64,000 nt of DNA, taken from the NCBI GenBank assembly GCA_964016885.1, contig OZ024741.1:48732001-48796000 (forward strand), given 5' to 3'. The position numbers were made by a program, and so were the translations under genes. This DNA is from Eledone cirrhosa (taxonomy: Eukaryota). Positions 13,346-26,829 of the stretch are shown here, in pieces (positions within the stretch are counted from its first letter, which is position 1; each line of letters opens with the position of its first letter). The notes under the pieces are model-generated. The model saw only the letters and a list, made by a program, of their open reading frames with translations, had not been told where the DNA came from and made no database searches.

Positions 13346-14952
13346 GACTATGTTGTTTAGCTGTGACCATCACATCTTTTTTCTGATCCAGCAGTATTGT
13401 GCAGCTGTGACCATTTTTCTCTAATCCAACAGTATTACTCAGTGTATTCTTCATGTTTTAAGACAGCAGTGTGTGATTCAAGAAAGATTTGAATCAGAGG
13501 ATTCATGTTCTGTTCTACTTAATACTATTGAATCTAATGTTAAACATTGGCCTTTATGAAACCATGTTGTTCAAGAGGTTACATAACCATTTTATTGTTT
13601 ATTTTATTTTAGCAGATTTATAATGATGATAATAACATATTAAGCATGAATCATTTATTTTGAAATGGCATGTTGCTTTGCACAAAAACATGACACAATC
13701 CAGCAACATGTTCTTTCTTTTCTTGTAACTCCTGATGGAGTCATAGGGGTGCCATATTGACATACAGCATTTAAAAAAAAATCCTGGCAGAGCCCATCCC
13801 CTTTCCAGGTCTGAATACAGCAGATGTCTTCTAGAAAGGGATAGAAAGTGAGAGAATGGAAGTGACAGAGAGATATAGAGGAAGAATCGGCTCTAGTAAT
13901 TGACTGGTACTTTTTTTATCGACCTCAAATGGGTGAAAGGCAAAGTCCAGTAACATGTTACATATATTTAAACCATAAGACACTACTCTGATACTTCATT
14001 CAGCTATTGTGCTGGTTCATACCCTTCATAAGAACAACAGCATTTCAACAATATTTATATAGGTTTTTTGGGTTTTTTTCAATACATTTTTTTCATATAG
14101 TTGAACAAAAAGAAAATGCTGGCTTACAACCTATCTCTCATGCTGCCACTCCTACAGCATTTAATATGAAACTTTCTCCTACATATTTTATCTTATACCT
14201 TCATGACCTTCCCACACTGACACAAAATATGCACAGATGACATCACACTTAACTTCTTCCACCACCACCACCACCGGACATAGTTGCACATTATTTCAGT
14301 TTTACATCAAACAACTTCAAATCAAACATCAAACAAACATTGCTATGAGCCAACAAGGTGACCTCACTGAAGACATTCAACAGGCTAAAAATAGTAGTCA
14401 AATATCTCTTGAATTACACATTACCATTAAAAAAAATAGATTCCTCAGATAATGTCTAACCTGCCAACCTCTAAAAACCCAAACGAGGAGTACCATGAAA
14501 AAAAGTACCCCAAAACTGGGAGAAATGAGGTGAAATGGGGAGATTTTACATAATGAAAGCTAAAGTGTGTGGGAGATCTGCCTGTTGGACAGGAAGAGTA
14601 TTGTAGTCCTACATTCATTATTTTTGGAAAAAGATAAGCTAGTTATTGTCAGAAAAGTGTCATTCCAGCTATGACCACCCTGTTTATTTCTATATGCAAG
14701 GAACCACATTATACAACCACATTATACAACATTCTTTTCTAAAACGGTGGGGCATAATTTCTGGGAGATTTGGTTGCAATTTCTAGTAGGTCAAGCAACC
14801 TTATAGAGATTCCCATGTGAGCTTGTAGTTATAAATCATTCCCAAAACGAAACATAGCAAGACATGGTCCTCTGACCCATCTAAGTGAGCAATAGTTCTA
14901 AGTTGAACTGTGATGACCTGTCCAACCCATGCCTGTATAGAAAGTGGACATA

Positions 14953-15302
14953 CGAGGGTGGGCTGAAAAGTTCATAGGCTGACTGTGAAGGAGTGATGCT
15001 AGAGCTGTGAAATCTGCAATGCATTAATTTCAACTCTTCTTATTAATAACTGTATTTTTTTTTTCAGTGACTATGTTGAAAAATAAACCTCATTTGGTCA
15101 TTCCATGGCAGTATCTTGGTCAGCCTATGAAAGAGTGATGCTAGAGCTGTGAAATCTTGCATGCATTAATTTCAACTCTTCTTATTAATAACTGCATTGT
15201 TCTTTTTTGTGTTTTTTCAGGGACTATTTTGAAAAATAAACCTCATTTGGTCATTCCATGAGAGTATATTGGTCAGCCTCTGAACTTTTCAGCTGACCCT
15301 TG
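14953..15302. mobile_element. Mariner-type MITE with an internal tandem duplication
   Basis: TA|CGAGGGTGGGCTGAAAAGTTCATAGGCTGAC ... GTCAGCCTCTGAACTTTTCAGCTGACCCTTG|TA. An internal block of about 140 bp is duplicated. Confidence 0.85.
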
Positions 15303-15502
15303 TAAAGTGATAATGATGATTATGACCTGGGAACTAAATTGAAAGTAGTAATGAAGCCACAAGGCCACAAATCCTTAACTGTAGCCTAATAAGACAGGGC
15401 AGACCCAACGACAAATTAAAACTATCCAATATATAAACCTACAACATTAATATAATAAATATACAAATTACACAATAATCAATGCTATGTTCAAATAATT
15501 TT

Positions 15503-15560
15503 ATTGCTGACAATCGTTTCTTCCAAACTATCGTTTGGAATCATTGGAGCATTAGCAATG
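15503..15560 (-). ncRNA. Hammerhead-like motif (variant core CCAAUGA), left arm copy
   Basis: Reverse complement reads TGCT-CCAATGA-TTCCAAAC GATA GTTTGGAA-GAAA-CGATTG-TC-AGCA. Confidence 0.6.
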
Positions 15561-16384
15561 TTTGTACATATAATTAACCTCTTATTCAACGGAACAATTA
15601 TATAGATACATGGATATTAATGTTGCTAACAATAGTTTCGTATTTACAGAGTGGAATGGATGCGACGCAGATTTCAAGAGAATTGTACAATAATTAAAAT
15701 TAAAAATTAAAAGTTAAAAAGGCACAGAGTGGAATGCATGCGACAGAGATTAGTATAACAATTATAGACATTAAGGTAGAAAGTTACTCGTGAAACGAGG
15801 ACACTAGCAGTACATATGCAAGGGTATAGAGAGTGTGAATGCAATAGGCATATACAGGAAGGAACAAGCAATGGTACTAGGCATATATAATTTCTGCGAG
15901 GCAAAGGTATCACATAAAACAACATATGTTTACAAGCAGGCAAAGCTGTTTTTGTATTAAAATTATTACACCCACCATAAACTAATAATTTTAATACAAA
16001 AACAGCTTTACCTGCTTGTAACAAATGTTGTTTTATGTGATACCTTTGCCTCGCAGAAATTATATATGCCTAGTACCATTGCTTGTTCCTTCCTGTATAT
16101 GCCTATTGCATTCACACTCTCTATACCCTTGCATATGTACTGCTAGTGTCCTCGTTTCACGAGTAACTTTCTACCTTAATGTCTATAATTGTTATACTAA
16201 TCTCTGTCGCATGCATTCCACTCTGTGCCTTTTTAACTTTTAATTTTTAATTTTAATTATTGTACAATTCTCTTGAAATCTGCGGCGCATCCATTCCACT
16301 CTGTAAAACTGTTGTTAGCAACATTAATATCCATGTATCTATATAATTGTTCAGTTGAATAGGAGGTTAATTATATGTACAAAC

Positions 16385-16445
16385 ATTGCTAATGCTCCAA
16401 TGATTCCAAACGATAGTTTGGAAGAAACAATTGTCAGCAATAAAA
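16385..16445 (+). ncRNA. Hammerhead-like motif (variant core CCAAUGA), right arm copy
   Basis: TGCT(16393)-CCAATGA-8-bp stem II-GAAA(16424)-CAATTG palindrome-TC-AGCA. Confidence 0.65.
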
Positions 16446-16782
16446 TTATTTGAACATAGCTTTGATTATTGTGTAATTTATATTCCGGCTCTGTAAAACA
16501 TCTCATGTATTTACATTGAGCTATTTTTCTTACTGATAATAAGGTAGTAATAAATTACTGACCTTTCCTGTTTATAGTTGTATATAGTGTATACATAACT
16601 ATAAATAATATTATTATAATAAATATTCATAATTTCCACTAGACTACACACGACTACAATACTCTAAAGCACCACCATTGAATTTGACTTCAACGCACAC
16701 AACATATCTTGGTGAAATAAAAAAAAATATATCAACCATAGTTATATGCCAAATCCTCATCATCATTATCATTACTATTTAA

Positions 16783-17002
16783 CCCTTTACATTTACGTTA
16801 CTCTATATATACTATTGTATTTTTGTGGTAAAGTCTTTACCTCACATAATTATCTCACATGATATCAAATCTATGAGATTTTGATATCATTTATGTTGAG
16901 AACAATACCTTAATCTCAGTATGAGTAGCTGGTTACAGCTGGTTTGAACAGAAAGAGGTGAGAGAATTCTGGCCGGATATGGCTGGTTTAAATACTAAAG
17001 GG
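16783..17002 (-). mobile_element. piggyBac-type MITE
   Basis: TTAA|CCCTTTA ... TAAAGGG|TTAA; 4 copies in the window. Confidence 0.85.
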
Positions 17003-17229
17003 TTAAAGATAGTAGTTTTGAGAGATTTGGCTACTATTTATAGTAGACGAAGCCACCATTTTGAGTTTCTCTTCTTGTTCAATATCAGCTGTTTCTGTTT
17101 TCTAAAGTCATCTTCAGTGCAATGAGCATTGACAGGACTATCTTTAGTCCACACTGTTATCTTTGGTGTATCCAAATGTCTCTATATTAATGGTATTACT
17201 TGCTGTTTCTTCTAATGCTAAAGCGTTAA

Positions 17230-17575
17230 CAAGTCAGGTGATTATGCTTTGCTCATATGTTATTTTGGGCTAGGTTTCTATGACTGAATAATCTTCCTAA
17301 TGCTAATCACTCTATAGAGTGTACTAGGAGCTTTATCTTGGTATCAGCACTACTACCTTACAAGATGGACTGGATGCTTTTTATCAAGGCACCAGTAAAC
17401 CACCTTGCAGGGTGAACTGTGTGCTTTTCATTGTGGTGCCAGCACTACTACCTCATAAGGTGGAGTGGGTACTTTTCGTTGTGGCACCAGCTCTACCACT
17501 TTATGGGATGGACTGGGTACATTTCACTGTGGCATCAGCACAACCACCTAACAGGGTGGATTAGGTGCTTTTCAG
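17230..17575 (-). repeat. Degenerate ~45-bp tandem-unit element (same family as 26830-27328 and 50228-50788)
   Basis: Repeated GGRTGCTTTT..GTGGCACCAGCAC.ACCAC units. Confidence 0.65.
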
Positions 17576-18027
17576 TTGGAATTTATTCAAGTGTAATTAA
17601 TAATGTCAGTTAATTTTCTCCAATCAGACACATTCCCTGAGCCCTCAACTCCTGATGAGTTGTAGGAGTGCCATTGTGACATAATCATCATCATCATCAT
17701 ATCATTTTACCTTCCTTTTTTCCATGCTAGCATGAGTTGGACAGATCATTACAGACCATGTCAGTACTTAACTGAAACTACCATCCTCCTAGATAGGCTG
17801 AGTAGGATGAGGGGGGGGGGGGGCATTTCTCTCTTACATACATTTTAGTTTTGGCATGGAGATAAAATGATTCAATCAAGAAACTTAGGATTAGAGTTAG
17901 GTTTTGAATTTGGTGGAGCTTATCACTCACAAGGCTTGACCTCTGTTGATTTTTACCAGAGAGTAAAAGAAATGAAGAAAGAACTACAGTACTGCACTGG
18001 CACTACACACCATGTGTGTTTGTGTGA

Positions 18028-18106
<79 letters not shown>

Positions 18107-18108
18107 TA
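18028..18108. repeat. Compound microsatellite (CA)n(TA)n(GA)n(GATA)
   Basis: Directly visible. Confidence 0.95.
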
Positions 18109-18346
18109 TGTTTCTTTATTAGCCACAGGGGCACAAAAGAAGGGGACAAATACAAAGGGGGAAGTTTACATACAATAAAAACGTGTAAAATGTTATCACA
18201 AATGCAATTTAAAAATTAGTCGATTTTCCCCAATAGTGGGAGACAGTTTATATGGGTAACACATACCCCCGAAAAAATGTGAAACCCTCATCTCCAGGAG
18301 TACGAAGAGTTTGTACTCCTTTCCTCTCCTCCTCCTTTTCCTCAAC

Positions 18347-21300
18347 CTACAGGCTGATATAGAGAGAAGGCCCATTCACTCGGGCCATTCTCGCCACTTT
18401 CATCCACCTTTCATAAAACTTGCTGGGGTACAGCACCTCTCTCTCCATCCTGATTCTTCTTCCAAAGTGGTATTTGAAAAAAAGAATCAGTTGTTGGCCG
18501 GAGAGAAAGGTGTCTGACCTCAGCCCTTTCAACCTTGTCCACCATACAACCTCTTTCGCCATAGCTATCACACAAAGGAAAACCGCCTCTCCTTCGTTTT
18601 TGAAGGAGGGTGGCGGTTTGATCATGACAATGGACTCAGTGGTTAACCGGATTGGTCCGACCCACGACAATAGTCGTTCTACATAGTCCCACAGGTCAGT
18701 GACGCCCGGGCAGTGTATGAATGCGTGCGCGATGGTTTCTTCGTCTCGCACGCACCTCGGGCGCCCATGTCTGTAGAGCTTGTCTCGAACTGGTAGAGCT
18801 CCTCGGTAGCACTGTCAGACCAGCGACTTTTGGAAGTTGTCCATCGGTCCCGAGCGGAAGGTCCTACTGAACAGACTGGCCAGTTCATCTTCCTCTACGC
18901 CTAGAGTTTCACCGAGCGCGTCGGCGCACTTGCTGCGGACCAACCCTCTATAGAATGACGAAGTGGAGTCTCCACTGATCGCCGGGTCCGCCTGCCAGAG
19001 GGCTGTGAGCACCTGAGCACATTCGATGTGCCAGTCGCCCATTTTCCTCGGTCTTTGCTTGACCCAGGACTGCAGCTCGGTCAGCGAGACGAGTCGTAGG
19101 AAGGCTCTCCTCACGAACGGGGCCCACACCGGTTGTCCGGTGAGGAATACGTATAGATGCTGCCGCCTGAGCGCGTGTTTGCGCATCGTCAACCACGGCA
19201 TCCCCAGCCCTCCGTTAGAAGGGTGTAGGCAGCAGATGGATCTTCTCACCAAAGGAACCCGCCTCTTCCAAATGAATTGGAAGAGCGCACACTCCATTTT
19301 GGCGAGCGTTTTGGCTGGACAAGGCACGACGGTCAAGCGGTAGTAGATGGCAGACGCTATAAAAGTGTTCGTCACCTCCGCTCGACCTTTCAAGGATAGT
19401 TTGCACTCGGCCCACTTCTGGGTGAGTGCAAACACCTTGGCCGTCACTTCGTTCCAGTTCTTCTCCACCTGGAGGTCTGGACCAAACCAGACCCCGAGCA
19501 GCTTTACCGGTCCTTCCGTCCAGCGTCCGACGACGCCATCGGAAGGCATCGGTTTGCTTCTCCACGATCCGAGTTGCAAACCGATGGACTTGTCCCGGTT
19601 CAGCTTTGCTCCTGTGAAACTTTCGTATTCCTTCAGTAAGGTGCCGACTTCCTTGATTTGCGAGGCGCTCGACACCATTACTGTCACGTCGTCGGCGTAG
19701 GCCAACGCCGCTTTCCGCAGTCCCGGTTCCAGAGGGATGCCCTGCAATAGCTCCAACTTCCGCAGTAGTGGCTCGTGAGTCAGTACGTACAGAAGGGAGG
19801 AGAGAGGGCATCTCTGTCGAATGGATCGCGTAATATGGAACGGCTCCGAGAGGTAACCGTTCACCTTGACCCATGAGCAGATGTTGCTGTTGTGCATTGC
19901 AGCAATCCAGCCCCTGAACACGGGTTCGAAGCCTGCCGCCTCGAGCACCACATCCAGGTAACGATGGTCAACCTTATCGAAAGCCTTAGACTGATCCAAG
20001 TTAATCAGGGCCCCACCGAAGCCGGGTTTACACCCTACCCTCCCTTTGATGTATCGCATGAGGTAGAGGTTGTCGTGTATGGACCTGGTCGGGATTGCGC
20101 ATGTCTGCGCTTCTCCCACTAGGTTCTCGATGACAAGCGCCAGCCTCTTTGCCAACACCTTGGCCAAAATCTGTAACTCTGTGTTTAGCAGAGTTATGGG
20201 CCGGAAGTTGCCTATGTCATCCCCCTTATTCTCGTCCTTCCTGATTAGTGTGACTACGCCCCCGGTTACAGAACTGGGAATTCTCCCGTTCTGTTGCCAG
20301 TTGCAGTAGACCGCTTCCAGGAGACTGGAGAATAAGTCTGGCATTGCTACGTAAAATTCGTAGGGTAGACCGTCGAGACCTGGAGATTTGCGTTTGCCGC
20401 ATTGGCTCAGCACGTCCCCTATCTCAGCGGCTGAAATCGGCTTTTTGCAGAACTTTGCCTCGCTGTCCGAGAGTCGCGGTAGGCCGTCGAGGTATGGACC
20501 GAAATCCATAGCCCCTCCCGGCGCGCCGCCCCGCCTGAACAGTTGAGCAAAGTGCCGCTGAAAGGCCACACACATCTGCTTCGGCTCACGTATCACGTGT
20601 CCGTTTTGGTCCTTCAAAGACCGAATCATGGACTTGTTGCCACTTTTTGCCTCCGTCACTCGGGCCCAGCTAACAGCTTTGGCTCCCTCGTTTCCCAGAG
20701 CACGTATTTTGCTTCTGACAACGCAGCCCTCGTGCTTTGCGTCGAAGAACTGGTCCAAGGCCGTTCTCGTTGCTAGCACGCTGGCTACGTTGCCACTTCT
20801 AATTGCCTCTTCTACTTTATCTACCAGTTCCTTCTCGGTTCTATTTCTATCTAACGCTAATTCTTTACTAAAAACTAACGAGTCTAATCTAACTGCCCTC
20901 TTGTGAGAGTACCACCATCTGTTGTTGACAATGGCCCCTGTCAAGTGCTGTTTAACTAAATTGCTAATCCGTCTACTGTAGGCTTTGCTTGTCGGTAACG
21001 ACAAGTTCAGCTTCCAGTAGCCGGGTCCTTGTCTATGGGTTCTATCAAGGTTGGCCATGCAGGTCACTAGTTTGTGATCTGAATAGGCAACCATGAACAT
21101 TTGTGGACAGCTTAACATGTCCCTATCCTTATTTCTAACTAGAACCCTATCTAGGTACGATCTAGATGTTCCTCTACGATTAGTCCACGTCCACAGTGGC
21201 GCAGTCGGAAAATCTAGTCGATATCTATTGGCCAGGTCAAATCGGTCGATTAACTGTTTGAGGCTGTTACACCCCCCCCCCTTTATCGGGACATGCTCCC

Positions 21301-21735
21301 ACATAGTCCCAGCGTGCATCTAGGATTCCATTCCAGCCCCCCACTAAAAGCAAGGAGTGGGACGTTCCCAAAGTCTGGCCGTGGTGTCCCGGATGGGGCA
21401 TATGTGGCCACCAGCCTGAAGGCTCCACCTTCACTACCGTCAACGTCTAGGACCACCAGTCGACCCTCCGGGTCCAGATGTACCGTCTGTGTTACGAGGC
21501 TCAGGTGTTTCCGCAGCAAAACGGCAACTCCGCCCCCACCCCCCGGTTGACAGAGAGATGCGTAGATCTCAAAGTCATCGAAGATGGGGGCCAGCTGTCG
21601 CTCGCTGTGGATCCTGGACTCGCAAATGGCTACCACATCCATACTGTGCGACCTGAGGTCGTTTAAGAGTTTGCCCTGTTTCCAGGGCATCCACAGGCCA
21701 CGTACGTTCACACATCCAACTCTTATATTGGCCAT
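18347..21735 (-). pseudogene. Tx1-like ORF2: APE endonuclease, reverse transcriptase and C-terminal zinc motif; frameshifted
   Basis: NVRGL, SDH, GPGYWKLN, KSPGLDGLPYEFY, NFRPITLLN, LDQSKAFDKV, AYADD, HAFIHCP. Confidence 0.95.
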
Positions 21736-21768
21736 GTTGGTGCTGAAAAGTTAAAAGAGGAAAAGAGA

Positions 21769-23727
21769 TCACTCACCCTTCGTCTCCTGGGGACCAGGCC
21801 GCACGATTTCCATGGGGGTGTTGGAGGGGTTGTCTGGATGGGTGGTGGTTTCCGGCGGGGTGGGGACGGAGATGTTTGGTGGGGTGGGGTCTGGTGGGAT
21901 GGGGGTGTCTGGGGTGGGGAGACATTTAAGAAGGACGCGGTTAAGTGGTTTCACGCAGGAATTCCCCACATCCTTCTCAAATGTTTCTTTTAGGGACCTA
22001 TAAGTTTGTATAGGGACCCTAATCAGTTTTAGGTTCAGTTTTTTGTTATTTTTAATAGAGTGGGCGAAAGTTTTCCCTTCGGTCTCCATTAGTGTTTTGT
22101 TTTCAGTGTTTATGTAAGTGTAAGTGTAATTTTTTTGTGTTGTGTTTGTTTTTGTCTGTAGTTCTTGTGTGTGCTTTCGTTTTGTTGTAGGTATTTTGTT
22201 TTCAGGAGGTGGGGGTTTTGTTTGTGATGTTTTTGTTGTTTGTGTTGGTGGTTGTATGTTTGTGGTAGTGTTTGCTGGTTTTTTGCTTTTGTGATGTCTT
22301 TTCTTTCTTTTCGAGCGATTGGGTTCTCCCTCGTCTTCACTGGGTGATGGCGAGATAGCCTCATCTGTTGTATCGTCTGTGTGATTGGGGAGGGGTATGT
22401 CTTGGGGAGCTGTTGTGTCTGTATGTGATTTTGCAGTGGTTTTAGGTGGAGTGGGGTTGGGTGGGACTGTGTTTGTTGTGGTTATTTTTGTGTGTTGGTG
22501 TTGTTGTTGTTGTGGTGGTGTTGGTGGTTGTGTTGTTTTGATGGGTGTCGGCAGAAGAGCCTTTTTTTTTACTCATTAATTTAGGACAGGAAGCCCTCAG
22601 GTGACCCCTGCTAAAGCAATGGTAACATGAAGGCCGCCTACCCTCAACCGAAAAGTTTATGTAGGTGAGTCCGTCCAGGAGTACACGTTGTGGGATCATA
22701 GCTATTCGCTCTGGGCTCATTTGCACCAGAATTTCAATGCTAGTCCCATTGAATACATCTCTGGGGGACTTTCCTTCTGACAGTATTCTGTCTTCATCAA
22801 CATTGATGAAGCCGTACAGTATCCACCATATGTTCACCTTTGGTGTGACACTCGGGATTTTGATCTTTTGTGTCCTTTTTCCCATGTATGTAGGAAAAAA
22901 GGTGTACAGGTTGGATACAATTGGCGACACAGAGTAATTTTGGGCCGTCAATTGATCCTTCATGAGTACCGAAATACTCCCAAAAAGTTTGCTTCTTTGA
23001 ATGACTGCAATATCATTCATTGAATTTTTGAAAACCAGTTCAATTTCTTTCTGTGACAATTGGACTGGTTTTCGGGTAGAATTGGAAACTGTCCTAAAAA
23101 CTATCGTTTTAAGAGCAGTTTCCTTGCGAATTTCTACCGGAGAATTGATGCTGAAAGCACCATTTTTTTCGAAAGTGACATATCTCCTAGCGTTCTTTAA
23201 AAGTTGTTCGGCATTTGTTATGTCGAGATATATCAGTTCCTCCTTTTTTTGAACTGTCTGTGCAAAGGAGATTTTGGTTTCTTTGTGGAATTATCAGTGT
23301 TGGTGGTGTTGTTATTATTGTTGTTATTCTTGTTGTTATTCTTGTTGTCACTGATGTTGATATTATTCGTATTTTCCTTGGTGTTGGTGTTGGTGTTGTT
23401 GTTGTCTTTGATACTGGTGTTATTGGTGTTGTCTTTATTTTTTTCTTCGTTGTTATTGTCATTGTTGTTTTTATCATCATTATTAGTGTTGTTATTTTTG
23501 TTGTCATTGAACTGTTTGGTGTCATTTGTGTTGTTTGGATATGAATTTGTTTTTACATTTTCATTTCGTCTTTCCATCTCTATAGTATCTAGGGAAGACG
23601 ATGTTGACTGTGAGCTCTGTAGTCTTACAGACTCTCCACCACCATTATCGTTGAACGCAGCGTTCATAACGTAATCAAACTTTTTACAATATTTTTTCCA
23701 AAATTCGATGGAGAAAAAAATTTTCAA
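21769..23727 (-). pseudogene. Tx1-like ORF1 (Asn/Thr-rich low-complexity regions, CCHC zinc knuckle), broken by frameshifts
   Basis: CYHCFSRGHLRASCP knuckle in 22442..23059; homologous to ORF1 of the second LINE (PTYMGKRT / PSYMGKRT, NIWW). Confidence 0.8.
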
Positions 23728-23937
23728 ACGAATATTTCGCCCCTGTAGGGGCGAGAATGAGTTGACCCACCACCTGAAGGTCCAGACGGGGGGTCAAGTT
23801 ACACAATGATATAAAATTTAACTGAAAACTCACGTTTTTTTCTTACATAAAATAACGGAAACTTCTCCGCGAAGTTACACACGTCTGATAGAGAGAGAGA
23901 TAGATAGATAGATAAATAGACAGATATCAATATATGT

Positions 23938-26560
23938 ATCTTCTTCTTCACTTACTTATTCCTGAGAGGGTTGTGGGGGCAGAGTCTTTAAACACTCCTT
24001 CCAGCAGGTCCTGTCAGAAGCAGTCATCTTCAAGCGAGACCAGCCAAGCTCATGCATCTTATCCAATCATCTTTCTTGGGATCTACCCCTGGATCTCCTG
24101 CCGCTTGGTTTTGCCGGTAAAATCTGTTCAGCGATTCTTTCCTGAAACATTCTATCCACATGCCTGTAATATCGGAGCTGTGATCTTTCAATTCGGAGAA
24201 GAATCGGCTCTACCTGATCTCCAAGCTACACATTCTATTAAGTAATATTACTCCAAACACCCTTCAGAGGAACCCCATTTCAGCCACTTGTATTTGCGAT
24301 TGTATTCTTTCAGTTATTACCCAAGATTCATGTTCATAGGTAAGGGTTGTCACAAATACTGAATTGAAGATAGCAAGTTTGGCTTTTACACCTAACTCCA
24401 TTCTTCTGATTACAGAATGCTAAAGCTGGGGAATTACTGTACCAGCTCCTGCAATTCATGCACTTAATTCAACCTCCTGCTTTCAATCATAGCATCCAGA
24501 TACTTTAACTTCTACACCTTATATTCTAAGGTAAAGGCACTTAACTAATGATGGAGTCATACAGGTGTCGTCCTGACTCACACCAGGCCTTGGGCATTCC
24601 AAACCTGGCAGTGCCCATCCTTCTCCAGGCTGGAGAACAGCTGATTTCTTCCAGAGAATGAGAGAGACACAGAGAAGGGGTGGGGGTAAAAAATCGAACC
24701 CAGTACTAGATTGATAATTTATAGGACTGAGCCCTGATGAACACTTACCTGTACATTGAATTCTTAACTAAATACATTAATTACCTTCTCTCATTTTACT
24801 GACAATGCCTCTGTATATAGCTTGCATTGCTCTTATAAGCCATTCCTCTACACCCAGTTTCCTTAAAGACCACTAGATGAGAGACCATGGTATTTTGTTA
24901 AAAACCTTTTTCAGATGTAGAGGGGCTAGGTATAGTAGCTAACACTTAACTAGGGATTTCTCTTGTAGTTGTCTCATTATAAAAGTGCAGCTGTGGTACT
25001 CCTTCCTGAAGCAAAGCCAAACTGCATTGCAACTATTTGACTCTTTCCCTACTTAGGTAATACTAACACTTTTTTCATAACTTGATCTCTCAGTTTTTTG
25101 CCTCTGTAGTTGTTCCTTTCTAGAGCATCACCTTTTCCATTGTAACAATTGATGAGTATACTGCTATGCCTGTGATTGGGTATAACCTCATCATGTATTA
25201 CTTGACTAATTATGCAGGTAATTAGCTCGACACCTACTACCCCTAGTAATTTCAAAATCTCAGCAACTATTTCTGGTAAGACCACCAACTTTCCCATTTT
25301 TCATTTTCTGGTTGCCTCTTTGACCCTATAACTGTTTATTTTGATAGTTGGCTCTTTTGTTGAGTTTACTGAGAGTAATCCTTTCTTACCTTCTCCACAT
25401 TCATCAACCTCTCATAGTAGCATTTCCAGGCTTCTTTCTTTTGAGCATCAGTGAGGCTTAGTGCACCAAAGTAATTTCAAACACATTTCTCTGCAACAAC
25501 ATTCTGATTTGCATTGGTACATTGCTTTGCGAATACAAGCGTCTAGAATGGGATTCATCCAAGAGGTGTTTGGATTAACGTTACTCGATAGAGTGTGTAA
25601 CTCAGAAATCAGAGAGGCACTCCAGGTAGAGTTACTACTTCTCCAAATTGAGAGATCACAGCTCTGATACTAAAGGCATGTATATTTATATGAAGGCATA
25701 TATAATATAATCACAGCATAAAATACTCAGAGTAGAGCATTTCCACAAACTTGTAAAGTCGAACTGTTGGCAGAAGGGACTTTACTGCCGACTAATTATT
25801 GAACTGGTTGGCAGTGAAGGGGCTTCTGGTTAAGCAGCTAGTGAGACCTGGACTTTAGGGGAAGATTGTTCCTCCTTACACTTTGTGAATGTTTGTCAAA
25901 CAATAAACAACAATTCAACAAAACAATATTTGTTGTTATTTTGTGTATAGCATAACTAAAGCTTTAAAAGCAAGGCTTATATATGTATATTATACATATA
26001 TATATTGTATATGTAGTGGGATTTCAGACAGACAGGCAAAGTAAGTATTTAAGCTTTGTATGTGACAGATGCACAGGAACAGTGAGCAACAAGAGCTCAC
26101 ATGAAACAAGTTCTATCAAATGCTCAGATGTTCCCTTAGGGGACCAAATTAACAGTGAAGGAGAGATTGTTTTGAAAGTACTTTAGTCAAAGTGAGGACT
26201 GATTGGAAATAAATCTGAGAGCTACTACCACTGCTGGCTACGAAAGGTCTCCCTCAGAGTGAAAGGCAGATTGTATGATGTACATGTATGAATGGAAAAG
26301 CTGCATGAAAATGAGACTTGGTTTTGAGTGTGGAAGACTTACAAAATTCAGAAAGAAATGATGGAAGGATATTTTGATGATTGGGTGACAGTAGTATACA
26401 TGAATGACAAAACCAAGCCCAAAATGAAGCATATGAGCAAGACATAGTCATCTGACCTGTCTGGCCTCATAACTTGACAACTCATCTAACCTATGCAAAC
26501 AAGGAAAATAGGCATTAAATGCTGGTGGTGATGATGATGATGATGATGATGATGATTAAG
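23938..26560. mobile_element. Cluster of decayed RTE-clade LINE fragments (minus about 23938-24500 and 24760-25460; plus about 25480-25680 and 26010-26556)
   Basis: GKGDALERNNYRG RT motif; LLDRVCNSEIREALQVE..IERSQL C-terminal motif; (GAT)n and (GAA)n tails. Confidence 0.75.
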
Positions 26561-26829
26561 CAGTGCACTGAAGTTACATCTATATATGTTCAGTATAGAG
26601 GTAACCAAAACGGCATAAATGTGTATATAAATTTATACATTTTTAGTGTATAGATACATAAACATGCCAAATATATGTATTTCTCTCTAAATTGAAAAAA
26701 AGGATAAACACCTTTAATTGTTTCAGCTCCCTCCCCTGAATCCCTATTTTCCACACACCCTATTCAACCCATATATATACAAGGATGGAAAGCTGGACAT
26801 GCTCCACACCTACAGTCATGTCATCATGA

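Larger units (their letters stand above)
15465..16535. mobile_element. 1-kb fold-back element (arms 15465-15968 / 15983-16479) with an HHR-like motif in each arm; probable Penelope-like pLTR pair
   Basis: Near-perfect inverted repeat with a 14-nt loop. The mirrored ORFs 15707..16024(-) and 16025..16243(+) arise from it. HHR fold near both distal ends. Confidence 0.8.
18110..23887 (-). mobile_element. Near full-length L1/Tx1-clade non-LTR retrotransposon (degenerate)
   Basis: 5' end CAGACGTGTG; ORF1 and ORF2; 3' AATAAAGAAAC; flanked on both sides by AGAGAGAGAGATAGATA (TSD-like). Confidence 0.93.

Noticed and set aside
14237-14452. Possible host exon (TTTCAG acceptor followed by a short ORF)
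   Set aside because: No donor site or recognisable protein; insufficient support.
15707-16243. Two identical small ORFs on opposite strands
   Set aside because: By-product of the palindrome; no recognisable domain.
17080-17122. Minus-strand CTGAAGA..GAAACAGCTG hammerhead-like motif
   Set aside because: Stems I and II do not pair convincingly and the UH site is missing; at best a decayed relic.
24725-24765. CTGATGA motif
   Set aside because: No GAAA or pairing stems.
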